A stretch of DNA of 63,776 nt, filler included, from an uncultured bacterium (GTDB lineage Bacteria > Latescibacterota > UBA2968): the NCBI GenBank assembly GCA_964471275.1. It is 4 parts of 4 records of this genome, joined end to end, with 100 filler letters (N's around TTAATTAATTAA, not from the genome) between each part and the next. Parts side by side here need not be neighbours in the genome. Positions count along the whole stretch, not along the records: positions 17,870 to 35,630 come from CAYYGZ010000077.1; 3 more parts are not named here. One strand, written 5' to 3'. Under the pieces are notes generated by a model. It searched no databases. It was not told where the DNA came from and worked only from the letters and a program-made list of their open reading frames with translations. This document shows positions 20,326-30,565 of this stretch, one piece after another (positions within the stretch are counted from its first letter, which is position 1; the number at the start of each line of letters is the position of its first letter). A program made the translations under genes and the position numbers.

Positions 20326-22413
20326 TCAGGGCGCCTCGATATCAACAGGAAGTGTAGTGCCCGCGCTATCCGATTTGGAGATCGGCAGGTCCAGTGGTAC
20401 GGCGATTCTGATGGATCTGGTATCATTTGTGTCGGATGGAGACGTCCTCAAACCGGTAAGCGGGTCGATCTCTATGGTTCGGATTCCTGGCGGGATGTAG
20501 AAGGTCCCGTCATCGGATCCGGAGATTTGCTTCATGAAATCGGTCCAGATAGGAGCCGCGCCTCCACCTCCCGTGATCTGTCTACCCGTCCCCTTCTCAC
20601 GCAGCTTGCGCCCGCCTGAACGGCTGTCGAACCCGACCCAGACACCCGTTACGACCTGGGGCGTGTAGCCGATGAACCAGGCATCCGTGTTGTCGTTGGT
20701 CGTCCCGGTCTTGCCCGCGGCAGGGCCTTTTAGACCGAGACGACGTACGGCGTAGCCCGTCCCCCTGTCGATCACATTCTCGAGAAGCCGTGTGATAACG
20801 CCCGCATCGATCGGGTCGACGGCGGGCACCGGCCGCGGCTGGTGTTTGTAGATGGTCTGACCGGTATTCCGATCAACAATCTTTGAGATGAAGGTGGGGC
20901 CGACCCGCAGGCCTGCATTCGCGATGGTTCCGTAAGCAGTGACCATATCCAGCATCGTTACTTCATTCGACCCCAGGGCAATGCTCGGTACGGGGAGTAG
21001 TGGGCTGGCAACGCCGAGCCGATTTGCGGTGTCCACAACCCGTTGCGGTCCTATTTGCTGGACAATCTGCACACTGGTTGCGTTCGCTGATCGAATCAGC
21101 GCCCAGGACGCCGTCGTCTGCCCAAGATAGCTGTTTTGGAAATTCTTGGGCGCCCACTCCTTTCTGTTCACGAGGTAGGTTTGGGGCTCATCCGCGAAGA
21201 TCGAGAGTGGATTGACTTCACCGGATTCGAAGGCGGAGAGATACACGATCGGTTTGAATCCGGAACCTGGCTGTCGACGAGCGGTGGTTGCCCGATTGTA
21301 GTAGCTCGTGAAAATGTCACGACCACCGACCATCGCCTTGACGTGGCCGGTGTGGTAGTCAACACAAAGGAGGGCCGCCTGAACGTAGCGCCTCCTGCCG
21401 GCGCTGTCGGCAGAGAGATACGGCTTGTATCCCAGGCGTCTGTCCAGATCGGCGGTACCCCGATTGATCGCGCCCTGTGCCGCCTGCTGCACGCTGATGT
21501 CGAGTGTTGTGTAGACGTCGATGGCACCGAAGCTGAGCGCGGACCCACCCCATCGACGCGAGATCTCTTCCTTGATGGTCTCGACCAGGTAGGGTGATCG
21601 ATTCTGGATACGCTTCTCAGGGCTGAGCCCTAGGCTGTCGGACAGCGCCCGAGTTCTTTGATCTTCGGTAATGTTTCCTGCTAGGACCATCCGATTCAGG
21701 ACGTGGGCGGCTCTCTGGAGTGCTGTCGCTGTGGCCAATGAATCACCGTAGACGGGTCGGTAGGCGCTCGGTGCGTTTGGCAACCCGGCAAGCACGGCGG
21801 ACTGGAGAAGCGTGAGGCCAGACGCCGACCGGTTGAAGTAGACTTGGGCCGCGTCCTCGATCCCGTAGGCGTTGGTTCCGTAGAAGCTTTCGTTGATGTA
21901 GAGTTCGAGGAGTCGGTCCTTGTATCCCCGACCATACTTCCGCTCGAACATTGTTTCGAGCTGAACAGCAAGGAGAAGCTCCTTGACCTTCCTCAGGTAG
22001 GACTTCTCTCTTGTGAGGAAGATGTTCTTCACGATCTGTTGTGTGATCGTGCTGCCTCCACGTCCCCTGCGTCCGCTTGCTATGTTGTCGGCGAAGGCGC
22101 CTAGGATGCTTCGTAGACTGAACCCCCTGTGCGTGTAGAATGCCATGTCTTCGGTCGCCAGAACTGCCGAGACAAAATCGTGAGACACGCTGTCTAGGCG
22201 GATCGAGGTGCGTGACCGGTTCAGCGAGTAAAGGAACGTTCCGTCCCCTGCGTAGATGTTGACCCCACTCTGCAGGTTGAGGTTCTCGAGCTGGTCGGGG
22301 ATGCGAGGCAGACGGAGATGACTGACATAGAGGAAGCTCATCGTTCCTATCAGGACGGCATCTACCGTTGCGAGAAGGAGCAGGCGAAACCCGAAGGTGC
22401 GGTGAAAGGTCAC
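20326..22413 (-). CDS. Class A penicillin-binding protein (PBP1A family)
   Basis: N-terminal TM; TED..FY.H.G, GGSTITQQ, RKVKE, RQPGSGFKP (SxxK), SAN (SxN), GKTGTT. Confidence 0.93.
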   Translation of the reverse strand: MTFHRTFGFRLLLLATVDAVLIGTMSFLYVSHLRLPRIPDQLENLNLQSGVNIYAGDGTFLYSLNRSRTSIRLDSVSHDFVSAVLATEDMAFYTHRGFSLRSILGAFADNIASGRRGRGGSTITQQIVKNIFLTREKSYLRKVKELLLAVQLETMFERKYGRGYKDRLLELYINESFYGTNAYGIEDAAQVYFNRSASGLTLLQSAVLAGLPNAPSAYRPVYGDSLATATALQRAAHVLNRMVLAGNITEDQRTRALSDSLGLSPEKRIQNRSPYLVETIKEEISRRWGGSALSFGAIDVYTTLDISVQQAAQGAINRGTADLDRRLGYKPYLSADSAGRRRYVQAALLCVDYHTGHVKAMVGGRDIFTSYYNRATTARRQPGSGFKPIVYLSAFESGEVNPLSIFADEPQTYLVNRKEWAPKNFQNSYLGQTTASWALIRSANATSVQIVQQIGPQRVVDTANRLGVASPLLPVPSIALGSNEVTMLDMVTAYGTIANAGLRVGPTFISKIVDRNTGQTIYKHQPRPVPAVDPIDAGVITRLLENVIDRGTGYAVRRLGLKGPAAGKTGTTNDNTDAWFIGYTPQVVTGVWVGFDSRSGGRKLREKGTGRQITGGGGAAPIWTDFMKQISGSDDGTFYIPPGIRTIEIDPLTGLRTSPSDTNDTRSIRIAVPLDLPISKSDSAGTTLPVDIEAP

Positions 22414-23357
22414 GGAGCCCCTGTTGCGACAGGCACACCAACGATCTCCGAGAGATCGTCGATGGTGATTCGGAAGTTCACGCTCGGGCTGTTTGAGCTG
22501 GCGTAGTAGATCTCGCCCTGGTAATCACCCAGCGCACGATTGATGAAGAGCTGGTGTATACGACCTTTATCCCAGTGAGCGGTCAGGGTCAGGCTGAAGC
22601 GAGCCAATCGCTCTTCGAGCAGGACGGCCGTGAAGGTCTCGACTACTGAGGTCGAGATGACGTCATCTGATAGGGCCCTGATCGAGTCGCGTGAGGAGGC
22701 TGTATCTGCCACCGTCGACCTGTGTGTGGCGTCCGATTCGGTGAGATCGATGCTCTTGCCCAAGGCTGCAGCTGCTCTTTTCACCTCTGGTACAAACGGA
22801 GTGGGATCGAAGGTTGCGCGTGCGATGATTGTGCGCCCAAGCCTGTGCAGATGACTGCCTTCGATGAGTCTCGGGGCATCGGCAGCACCACGCCGATCTT
22901 CCGGGATGGGCTCGACCAGTATGGCAAGGTAACCCGGCAAGCCATCTTCCGGTATACGGTCCGTCGAGAGCCTGAAGCTCTGGACCAAGGGCGGGAGGTC
23001 CGAAGGCAGACGGGGCGGCACGGCAGCGGAATCGGGAAGCACGATTCGGGCTTGCTGCTCCGACGAGATCAGCTCCCACAGTCTGCCCGTCGACGGGCGT
23101 GTGATGTTGATGTCCGCGAGGTAGCTGCCCAGGAGTCGAGCACCATAATTGGTCCGGTATTCCGTGTATCCGACTGCGATCAGTATGCAGATGCACACGC
23201 TGACAGCCGCAAGAATACCGACGATCTTTCTGTGTAGAGCTGTCAATAACCCCTGCTTGTGTGAGATTCTGTGCTCTCTGTCCAGCGAATCGTGTGTATG
23301 GGTAGCCGGTGTCACGATCGACTGGCACGGTACGGATCTAGTTTCGGGTGAATCCAT
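22410..23357 (-). CDS. Hypothetical single-TM protein, 4-nt overlap with the PBP1A gene
   Basis: 315-aa ORF with TM (IVGILAAVSVCICILIAVGY); GTGA stop/start overlap. Confidence 0.7.
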   Translation of the reverse strand: MDSPETRSVPCQSIVTPATHTHDSLDREHRISHKQGLLTALHRKIVGILAAVSVCICILIAVGYTEYRTNYGARLLGSYLADINITRPSTGRLWELISSEQQARIVLPDSAAVPPRLPSDLPPLVQSFRLSTDRIPEDGLPGYLAILVEPIPEDRRGAADAPRLIEGSHLHRLGRTIIARATFDPTPFVPEVKRAAAALGKSIDLTESDATHRSTVADTASSRDSIRALSDDVISTSVVETFTAVLLEERLARFSLTLTAHWDKGRIHQLFINRALGDYQGEIYYASSNSPSVNFRITIDDLSEIVGVPVATGAP

Positions 23358-23540
23358 AGCTTAGGAAAGTGGTTTAGGAGGTCGAAGGCAAAGTCGGATT
23401 TCGGTCACGTAGCAGCAGCACGCCCTTCCGACATACTTGCGGGTGAGCGACCGCGCACGTGCTGAAGCTGCTGGAGGGTGGGATTGCCGGGTCAGATGGC
23501 AGAGCCTATCTTCCGAAGGTCTATTGACCAGGAGGGAATC

Positions 23541-24077
23541 ATGGTTCGGAAGTTGGGATGCAAGTATGTGCGAGTGGTGGAAAAGGTCAGCGAGACAGTC
23601 GGGCTGGCGGTTTCGTGGCTGACCGGATTGCTGGTCCTGATCGTCTGCTACGATGTGTTCACCCGGTATCTGATGCAGAATAGTCTCGTCGCCGTTCAGG
23701 AGATGGAGTGGCATCTGTTCGCCCTCGTCTTCCTGCTTGGTGCGGCGTTTACGCTCAAACACGACCGACACGTGCGGGTCGACGTCCTCTACAGCAGATT
23801 CTCCGCCAAGCACAAGGCGTTCGTGAATCTTGTTGGCAGTCTTCTGTTTCTTGCTCCGTTCTGTCTTGTCGGGATCTGGGGCTCGCAGGCCTTTGTGAAG
23901 TCATCATTCATGATTGGTGAGACAAGTCCTGATCCGGGTGGTCTTCCTGCCCGTTTCATCCTCAAGGCTGCCATTCCGATCGGCTTCACCCTTGTCCTAC
24001 TACAGGGCGTGGCGATTTCCTGCAAATCGTTGGCCGTCGTGTTGGGTTGGTATGACGACGATGAGGTTATGTCTTGA
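23541..24077 (+). CDS. dctQ: TRAP transporter small permease (DctQ family)
   Basis: 4 TMs, [38 protein letters not shown] before ATG 23541. Confidence 0.92.
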   Translation: MVRKLGCKYVRVVEKVSETVGLAVSWLTGLLVLIVCYDVFTRYLMQNSLVAVQEMEWHLFALVFLLGAAFTLKHDRHVRVDVLYSRFSAKHKAFVNLVGSLLFLAPFCLVGIWGSQAFVKSSFMIGETSPDPGGLPARFILKAAIPIGFTLVLLQGVAISCKSLAVVLGWYDDDEVMS

Positions 24078-25396
24078 TAGAAGCGATGCCGATCATTCTG
24101 TTCGTCGCTCTGTTTGTACTCCTGATGCTCGGGTTCCCCGTCGCCTTTACGTTGGGCGGTGTGTCGGTACTTATGGGCGCGGCTACTTTCGGGTTCGACT
24201 TCTTCGCGCTGCTGCCGCTCCGGGTCTGGGGTGTGATGACGAACTATGTCCTGATCGCCGTTCCGCTGTTCGTGTTCATGGGTGTGATGCTTGAAAAGTC
24301 AGGACTGGCTGAAGAACTGCTGGAGACGATGGCGCTTCTGTTTGGCCGACTACGTGGGGGGCTGGCGATCTCGATAGTCGTTGTCGGTGCCATGCTGGGA
24401 GCTTCAACAGGCATCGTTGGAGCAACCGTGGTGACGATGGGATTGCTCAGCTTGCCAACGATGCTCCGGCGCGGCTATAGTCCGGAGATTGCAACCGGGA
24501 CTGTAGCGGCATCGGGGACGTTGGGTCAGATCATTCCGCCGAGCATTGTCCTTGTTCTGCTGGGGAGCATCTTGAACGTGTCGATCGGTGACATGTTCAT
24601 GGGAGCCGTGATTCCCGGGGTTGGACTGGTCGGGCTGTATCTGCTCTGGATCGTGATTCTTTCGATCGTCAAACCCGAATTGGCACCCGCGATGCCCGTC
24701 GCCGACTTGGAAGCTTTCCGAAGCGATGGCATGGCGAAGCGGATCGTGCAAGCGTTCATCCTGCCGTTCTTCCTGATTGCTGCCGTGCTGGGTTCGATTT
24801 TTGCAGGAATCGCCTCACCGACAGAAGCGGCTGCCGTCGGTGCTCTCGGCGCAACGCTGCTGACGATCATACAGGGAAGGCTCACGCTTCCGACGCTGAA
24901 GGCCGTGATGTCGGAGACCACGCATCTCACGTGCATGGTGTTCTTTATCCTGGTCGGGGCAACCGCTTTCGGGCTCGTGTTCCGTGGTATGCACGGGGAT
25001 GCGTATCTGACGAATCTGATCCTCAGTGCGGATATGGGGCCGAACACCTTCCTGGCCCTTGTGATGGTGATGATCTTCATCGCTGGGTTCTTTATCGACT
25101 TTATCGAGATTACGTTCATAATCGTCCCGGTCGTGGCCCCGATCTTCCAGACTTTCGGCGTCGACCTTCTGTGGCTTGGAATTCTGATAGCAATGAACCT
25201 GCAGACGTCATTTCTGACTCCGCCATTCGGATTCTCGTTGTTCTACCTGAAAGGCGTTGCGCCGGAGGGCATCGAAACGGGGCAGATTTACCGAGGGATC
25301 ATCCCGTTTATCGTGATTCAGCTTATCGCGGTCGGGTTGGTGATTGCGTTTCCGGAATCAGCGACCTGGTTTCCGGAGTATGTGACGAGGAAGTAG
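24074..25396 (+). CDS. dctM: TRAP transporter large permease (DctM family)
   Basis: [47 protein letters not shown]. Confidence 0.95.
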   Translation: MIEAMPIILFVALFVLLMLGFPVAFTLGGVSVLMGAATFGFDFFALLPLRVWGVMTNYVLIAVPLFVFMGVMLEKSGLAEELLETMALLFGRLRGGLAISIVVVGAMLGASTGIVGATVVTMGLLSLPTMLRRGYSPEIATGTVAASGTLGQIIPPSIVLVLLGSILNVSIGDMFMGAVIPGVGLVGLYLLWIVILSIVKPELAPAMPVADLEAFRSDGMAKRIVQAFILPFFLIAAVLGSIFAGIASPTEAAAVGALGATLLTIIQGRLTLPTLKAVMSETTHLTCMVFFILVGATAFGLVFRGMHGDAYLTNLILSADMGPNTFLALVMVMIFIAGFFIDFIEITFIIVPVVAPIFQTFGVDLLWLGILIAMNLQTSFLTPPFGFSLFYLKGVAPEGIETGQIYRGIIPFIVIQLIAVGLVIAFPESATWFPEYVTRK

Positions 25397-25512
25397 TGGG
25401 GAGAAGCAGAGGAGCAGGGGGCAAGGGAGCAGAGCCTCAACCCATTCTCACATTGTCCCGTTGCGGACAGGTCTTCAGCCGATGGACCTAGTCAGTTATT
25501 CTGTTGCAGCGC

Positions 25513-26628
25513 CTAAGCCGATATCGTCGAATAGTACATCTTCTCCGAGAGTGCGGCCCAACTGGCGACGTTCTCGCGGAAGGCGCTGTAGGAGGCATAG
25601 ACCTTCTTGCTCATTGGGTCCGTTGCCGCGAGGTCGGCGATGACCTCGTCGGTGTATTGTTTCAGCTTGGCAATGACGTCGTCAGGGAATCGGCGGAGTT
25701 GCACGCCGTGGTCGTCGACAAGCTCCCTGAGGGCAGCGTGGTTCTGGGATTCGAACTCCGACAGGATCCACTGGTTTGATCGGGCAGCGGCCGCACGAAC
25801 GATGGCCTGAAGGTCTGGCGGGAGCGACTGGAGGGCGCTTTTGTTGATGATGAGCTCGAGCAAACCACCCGGCTCATGCCAGCCCGGATAGTAGTAGTAC
25901 TTGGCCGCTTTGTGAAAACCCATCAACTTGTCGTGGAACGGGCCGACCCATTCGGTTGCGTCGATCACTCCTCGTTCCAGATTCGTGTAGATCTCGCCCC
26001 CCGCAGAGAGCACGGCTGATCCACCGGCCTTGGAGATGACCTTACCTCCCAACCCCGGGATTCGCATCTTCAATCCCTTGAAATCGGCAATGCTGTTGAT
26101 TTCGCGGTTGAACCAACCGCCCATCTGGACACCCGTGTTTCCTGCGGGCAAGGGGACGAGGTCGAACGGCTGATACAGTTCTTCCCATAGTGCCAATCCA
26201 CCACCGGAGTAAAGCCAGGCATTTTGCTGCTGAGCGTTCATCCCGAAGGGCAAGCCTGCAAAGAATTGCGTCGCCGGCGCCTTGCCTGCCCAGTAGTAGG
26301 CCGCTCCGTGACACATCTCTGCGACGCCCTGGCTGACCGCATCGAATCCCTCCAGCGGCGGGATCAGTTCTCCTCCACCGTAGACCTGGATCTCGAGGCG
26401 ACCTTCGGACATTTCTTTGACCCATTCCGCAAACCTCTCTGCACCGACGCCCAGAATCGGGAAGTGGGGCGGCCAGGTGGTGACCATCTTCCACTGGAAT
26501 CGCTGGTCCGATCGGGCGGCCCGGGTTGTGCTATTGGGTTCGGAAGCACAGGCAGACACGACCCCTGCAGCACCGGCAGCAGCGACCGTGGCCTTGCGAA
26601 TGAAGTCTCGACGTTTGAAGATGTCCAA
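25513..26628 (-). CDS. dctP: TRAP substrate-binding protein (DctP/TakP-like), Tat signal with possible lipobox
   Basis: GGAGGAG then TTG 26628; KRRDFIRK...VVSAC; WKMVTTWP, GNTGVQMGGWF, KMRIPGLGG, YYYPGWHEP. Confidence 0.92.
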   Translation of the reverse strand: MDIFKRRDFIRKATVAAAGAAGVVSACASEPNSTTRAARSDQRFQWKMVTTWPPHFPILGVGAERFAEWVKEMSEGRLEIQVYGGGELIPPLEGFDAVSQGVAEMCHGAAYYWAGKAPATQFFAGLPFGMNAQQQNAWLYSGGGLALWEELYQPFDLVPLPAGNTGVQMGGWFNREINSIADFKGLKMRIPGLGGKVISKAGGSAVLSAGGEIYTNLERGVIDATEWVGPFHDKLMGFHKAAKYYYYPGWHEPGGLLELIINKSALQSLPPDLQAIVRAAAARSNQWILSEFESQNHAALRELVDDHGVQLRRFPDDVIAKLKQYTDEVIADLAATDPMSKKVYASYSAFRENVASWAALSEKMYYSTISA

Positions 26629-26682
26629 GTTCTCCTCCAGGTTAAACGAGAGAGATCGATTTGTAACCGAATCAATATAGGT

Positions 26683-27243
26683 ATGTCGGTAACCGAGAAC
26701 GAGCCCGATCTGGCCGTATCCGAGGCCCAGATCGAAAGAGAGCAGATCGTGATCCAGGTTGATGACATTCCTGAGACCCGGCAGATTCACCGACCCTCAT
26801 CTCCTCCTCGACCGGCCGTTCCGATCGAAACAGAGGACGCGGATGTACCGGATGATGTAACGATCGAGAGCACGGATCTCGGTCTCGATGATGTCAGTCT
26901 GAATCCGCCATCACTACCGACTGCAGTTGTGTCAGAGGCGGTCCTCGAGGAAGATCCTATCGAGTATTGGGCAGTGGAAGACAAGCCCGCGATCACAGAG
27001 CAGGTCGCACCACGGTATCCCGAAGTTGCCCGAAAATCCAGGATACAGGGTACCATTCTTGTCCGTGTATTGATCGGCGTCGATGGGAAGGTGAAGAGAG
27101 CTGAGATACTGAGGGGGAAGGCGATCTTCCACAGTGCGGCCCTGACCGCCGTGTGACAGTATGAATTCTCACTTGCCAGGCAGAACGACAGACCTGTTCC
27201 GGTGTGGATGGCATTGCCCATTCGGTTCCGGCTTGTGAACTAG
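26683..27243 (+). pseudogene. TonB-family energy transducer, lacking TM anchor and with internal stop
   Basis: Pro/acidic linker; PRYPEVARKSRIQGTILVRVLIGVDGKV...AALTAV*QYEFSLARQNDRPVPVWMALPIRFRL; TGA at 27154-27156. Confidence 0.8.
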
Positions 27244-27332
27244 CCCTAAGATGGGGTCACCAACCGCGATGAATCACCAATCGAGCCAGGTGAAGCTCGC
27301 TGGCCATCGCTATCACCGTAGGTTCTAAGCAA

Positions 27333-28424
27333 ATGGATATCTCAGCGGTCGAACGCCCGCGTGTTCTGAAGAAAGCAGAAGGTTACCTGACCGAAGAACC
27401 TCGGACCGTCGCAGCATCTCATTGTGAACGGAGTGAGGGTGGCTTACACGACTATTACTCGGAGGGAGATTACTGGTGGCCTGACCCGGAGAACGAGGAT
27501 GGTCCCTACATCCGCCGCGATGGCGAGACAAATCCTGAGCTGTTCTACGATCACCGTGAAGCAATGGTTCGGCTGAGCGATATCGTGGCCACACTGACGT
27601 CAGCGTATCTCCTGACGGGCGATTCCGGATATGCCGATAGTGCGATCAGGCATCTAGGTGCGTGGTTTGTGGATGATGAAACCTGGATGAACCCGGAGCT
27701 TCTGTATGGTCAGGCGATCAAGGGGATCTGTTCTGGCCGTAGCATCGGTCTAATCGACACCCTCCACCTTACCGAGGTCGCTCGAAGTGCCAGGCTGCTT
27801 CGTAAGTCGCGAGGTGTTTGTGATGCTCTGGAGGGTGTGTGTGCCTGGTTTCGATGCTATCTGGATTGGCTGAATACGCACGATTACGGGATAACGGAGC
27901 GTGAACATCCGAACAATCACGGTGTCTGCTGGTCGATGCAGGCCGCTGCGTTTGCTGACCTGGTGGGCGATGCGGATGTGCTCGCGTTCGTCAGGGATCG
28001 GTTCAAGACCGTCTATCTGGCCGAGATGATGGACGAGACAGGTGGGTTTCCCGCCGAGCTCGCGAGGACCAAGCCCTACGGTTATTCGCTCTTTGTGATC
28101 GACGCGATGGCCGGCATTGCGCAGATCGCTTCGACTGCGGAAGACGACCTCTGGGCGTATTCACTGCCCGATGGTCGCGGGATGAGGAAGGGCGTTGCGT
28201 TCATCTATCCCTATATCGAAGATAAATCGACCTGGCCGCTCAAACCGGATGTGCTCTACTGGGATGAGTGGCCTGTACGACATCCGAGTCTGCTGTTCGC
28301 TGGGCTCAAGTTTCAAATACAGGAGTATCTGGATGTGTGGGAGAGCAGAACGGCTGATCCAGAGACGTTTGAGGTGCTGCGCAGCTTGCCGATTCGACAC
28401 CCGGTTCTGTGGGTTGAGAGGTAG
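27333..28424 (+). CDS. Alginate lyase family protein (PL5-like)
   Basis: HDYYSEGDYWWPDP, PYIRRDGETNP, HPNNHG, ELARTKPYGYSLF; no signal peptide seen. Confidence 0.85.
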   Translation: MDISAVERPRVLKKAEGYLTEEPRTVAASHCERSEGGLHDYYSEGDYWWPDPENEDGPYIRRDGETNPELFYDHREAMVRLSDIVATLTSAYLLTGDSGYADSAIRHLGAWFVDDETWMNPELLYGQAIKGICSGRSIGLIDTLHLTEVARSARLLRKSRGVCDALEGVCAWFRCYLDWLNTHDYGITEREHPNNHGVCWSMQAAAFADLVGDADVLAFVRDRFKTVYLAEMMDETGGFPAELARTKPYGYSLFVIDAMAGIAQIASTAEDDLWAYSLPDGRGMRKGVAFIYPYIEDKSTWPLKPDVLYWDEWPVRHPSLLFAGLKFQIQEYLDVWESRTADPETFEVLRSLPIRHPVLWVER

Positions 28425-28502
28425 CGGGTAGCAGGGAATCGGTAGGTAGAGATCGGTAAGTAGGAGAGTAGACAAGAGGTATTTTGTTCGCTGGCAATTG
28501 CG

Positions 28503-28538
28503 CCAGGGCCAGGGCCAGGGCCAGGGCCAGGGCCAGGG
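28503..28538 (+). repeat. Perfect hexamer tandem repeat (CCAGGG)x6
   Basis: Read directly; intergenic between convergent genes. Confidence 0.95.
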
Positions 28539-28562
28539 CGTCCCGAAGCCAGGATGGCAGAA

Positions 28563-29525
28563 TCAATCTGGGAGGAGGGGGATGTTCTGTTTCTTCGAGG
28601 CAGGACCTGATGCACCGAACGCGGAACCGATGACGACCAGGCAGGCGCCGATGACGGCGAGTGTGTTGAGGTTCTCGGCAGTCAGGTGTTCGATGGTGCC
28701 ACCGAAGATGAACATGCAGAGGAGCGTGATCAATGGGATGTTGGCGATCGTGAGTCCTGCAGTTGTAGCGGGGACGTGTCGCATGGCAGTCGAGAAGGCC
28801 AGGTAGGAGATTACGGCGATCAGTGTTGCGGATAGGATAAGGATCAGGAACGTGGACGTCAGGTCGAGAATCGTTCCAATGGCCGCCTGTGGGCCGAGTA
28901 TGACGCATCCCGTTACGTAGCAGCAGAGCATGATCGTGCGCGATTTCAGTACCCGAAGCAGTGCTTTCTGTGCAAGGATGAAGGTGGTCCAGCAAACCGC
29001 GCTGAGGAGGATGTAGCCTATTCCGGTCACGAGCGACGAGCCAAGCTGGATCTGGTGGAGTTTCTGGTTGAAGAACAACCCCGACCCCAAGACAAGGAAC
29101 AGCACCCCCCACCATTGCCTTCCCGCGAAGGATTCGTGGAAAATCAGGATACCGCCCGCCAACACCATGAAGGGCACTGTTTGCATCACGACCTGAGCGG
29201 TGCTTGGTGTCAGATTGTCGAGCCCCTTGAGATACAACAGGTAATTCGCTGTCAGACCCACGCCGCAGAGCAGCAGGAGCAGCCATACTCGACGCGAACC
29301 TTCTTCACGCAGATTCCTCACGCAGGAGGGCCCTCCGAAAACGGCAAGCAAGATCAGGGCGCCGGTGAACCGATACCAGGTGAGCGTGATCGGATCGATT
29401 CGGGCGATCAGGATCTTCAACTGAAGCGGAAGTGATCCCCACATTAGCAGCGTGGCGGCCAGGAGCAGAAAACCCAGCGATCTGCGTTTGGCCGTGCCGC
29501 CCAAAGTTCCGGTCGTGTCAGTCAA
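28563..29525 (-). CDS. DMT/EamA family transporter
   Basis: About 10 TMs; WGSLP..LK, DPITLTWYRF, PSTAQVVMQ. Confidence 0.9.
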   Translation of the reverse strand: MTDTTGTLGGTAKRRSLGFLLLAATLLMWGSLPLQLKILIARIDPITLTWYRFTGALILLAVFGGPSCVRNLREEGSRRVWLLLLLCGVGLTANYLLYLKGLDNLTPSTAQVVMQTVPFMVLAGGILIFHESFAGRQWWGVLFLVLGSGLFFNQKLHQIQLGSSLVTGIGYILLSAVCWTTFILAQKALLRVLKSRTIMLCCYVTGCVILGPQAAIGTILDLTSTFLILILSATLIAVISYLAFSTAMRHVPATTAGLTIANIPLITLLCMFIFGGTIEHLTAENLNTLAVIGACLVVIGSAFGASGPASKKQNIPLLPD

Positions 29526-30469
29526 AAGCCCCTTTCTTGAGTATGCGAATCCGTTTCGTTCACAATTCTCGCGGTCCCCAGATCCTGGCTTGTTCCAACC
29601 ATCAACCCGATAACGACAAGCACCGCACCGAGGATAGCCAATGCGTTCAGGTTCTCGGGAGTCAGGCCATCAATGCGGTTCGCAAGAAGCATCATGGCGA
29701 AGACGGTGATCAAGGGGATTGTCGCGATCGTCAGACCCGTCGTTGTCGTAGCGATGTGTCGCATTGCGTAAGACAGTGCAGTATACGATATCGCCGTTGC
29801 GGCCGTGGAGAGCAGTAGAAACACGAACAGTCGCTGATCAAGCAAGGTGATCGCATCGTGTGAAGCGATCGGCGTCAGAGCAATGCTACCCGCCGCGCAG
29901 CAGCAGAATAAGATGGTCCGCGACCGCATCGTTGGGTGGAGCGCTTTCTGCATCAGAAAGAACACTGCCCACGACACCGCGCTGACGAGTGCGATTCCCA
30001 CGCCCAGGACAAAGTCGGTTCCCCAGCGAGCCTCGTCCAGACGTTGATTGAAGAACAGAAGAGATCCGATTGCCAGGAGAAAGACGCCCCATACGAGCCG
30101 AAGATCAAACGGTTCGTGGTAGATGAGAATACCGCCGGCCAAGACAAGAAACGGCACAACTTGAAGGACGATATGCGTTGTGCTGGGCGAGAGATATTGC
30201 AGACCCATCACAAAGAAGACATAATTGCCGGTCAGACCCGACGCGGTTGTCAGGGTCAGCAATACGCCACGTCTTGTTGCGTTGGTCCTCAGGTCGCGGA
30301 AGAGTTCGCGGCCACTTGCTCCGGCGAGGATCAACGCAGCGCCCGTGAACCGAAACCACGTCAACGTGATCGGATCAAGCTGTTGTACCAAGATCTTCAG
30401 GATCAAAGGAAGTGTGCCCAGGACCAGGACAGCTATTCCGAGAAGAAGCAGACCGATCTGTTTGGTCAA
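29522..30469 (-). CDS. DMT/EamA family transporter (tandem paralog)
   Basis: About 10 TMs; shares DPITLTW.RFTGA, FFNQ.L, AMRH....T.GLTIA.IPLIT, ENLN.LA with neighbour. Confidence 0.9.
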   Translation of the reverse strand: MTKQIGLLLLGIAVLVLGTLPLILKILVQQLDPITLTWFRFTGAALILAGASGRELFRDLRTNATRRGVLLTLTTASGLTGNYVFFVMGLQYLSPSTTHIVLQVVPFLVLAGGILIYHEPFDLRLVWGVFLLAIGSLLFFNQRLDEARWGTDFVLGVGIALVSAVSWAVFFLMQKALHPTMRSRTILFCCCAAGSIALTPIASHDAITLLDQRLFVFLLLSTAATAISYTALSYAMRHIATTTTGLTIATIPLITVFAMMLLANRIDGLTPENLNALAILGAVLVVIGLMVGTSQDLGTARIVNETDSHTQERGF

Positions 30470-30565
30470 AGGGACATTCTCTAGTTCTTTTAAACGAGAC
30501 GCTCGGATCGTGAATTCAGGTGGGCACTGAATATATACGGCTAGTGATATGGGAGGTGAGATTTG

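Noticed and set aside
26629..26790. N-terminal extension of dctP in the ORF track, and the 26224 start for tonB
   Set aside because: Strong RBS and Tat motif place the dctP start at 26628; the extensions are mutual antisense overlaps
13801..27156. Stop-codon reassignment or selenocysteine/pyrrolysine (in-frame TGA/TAG in DUF502, Gfo/Idh/MocA, tonB)
   Set aside because: TGA and TAG terminate many intact genes here (sbcD, sbcC, recG); two of the three genes also have frameshifts and tonB is truncated; the positions are not catalytic Cys sites
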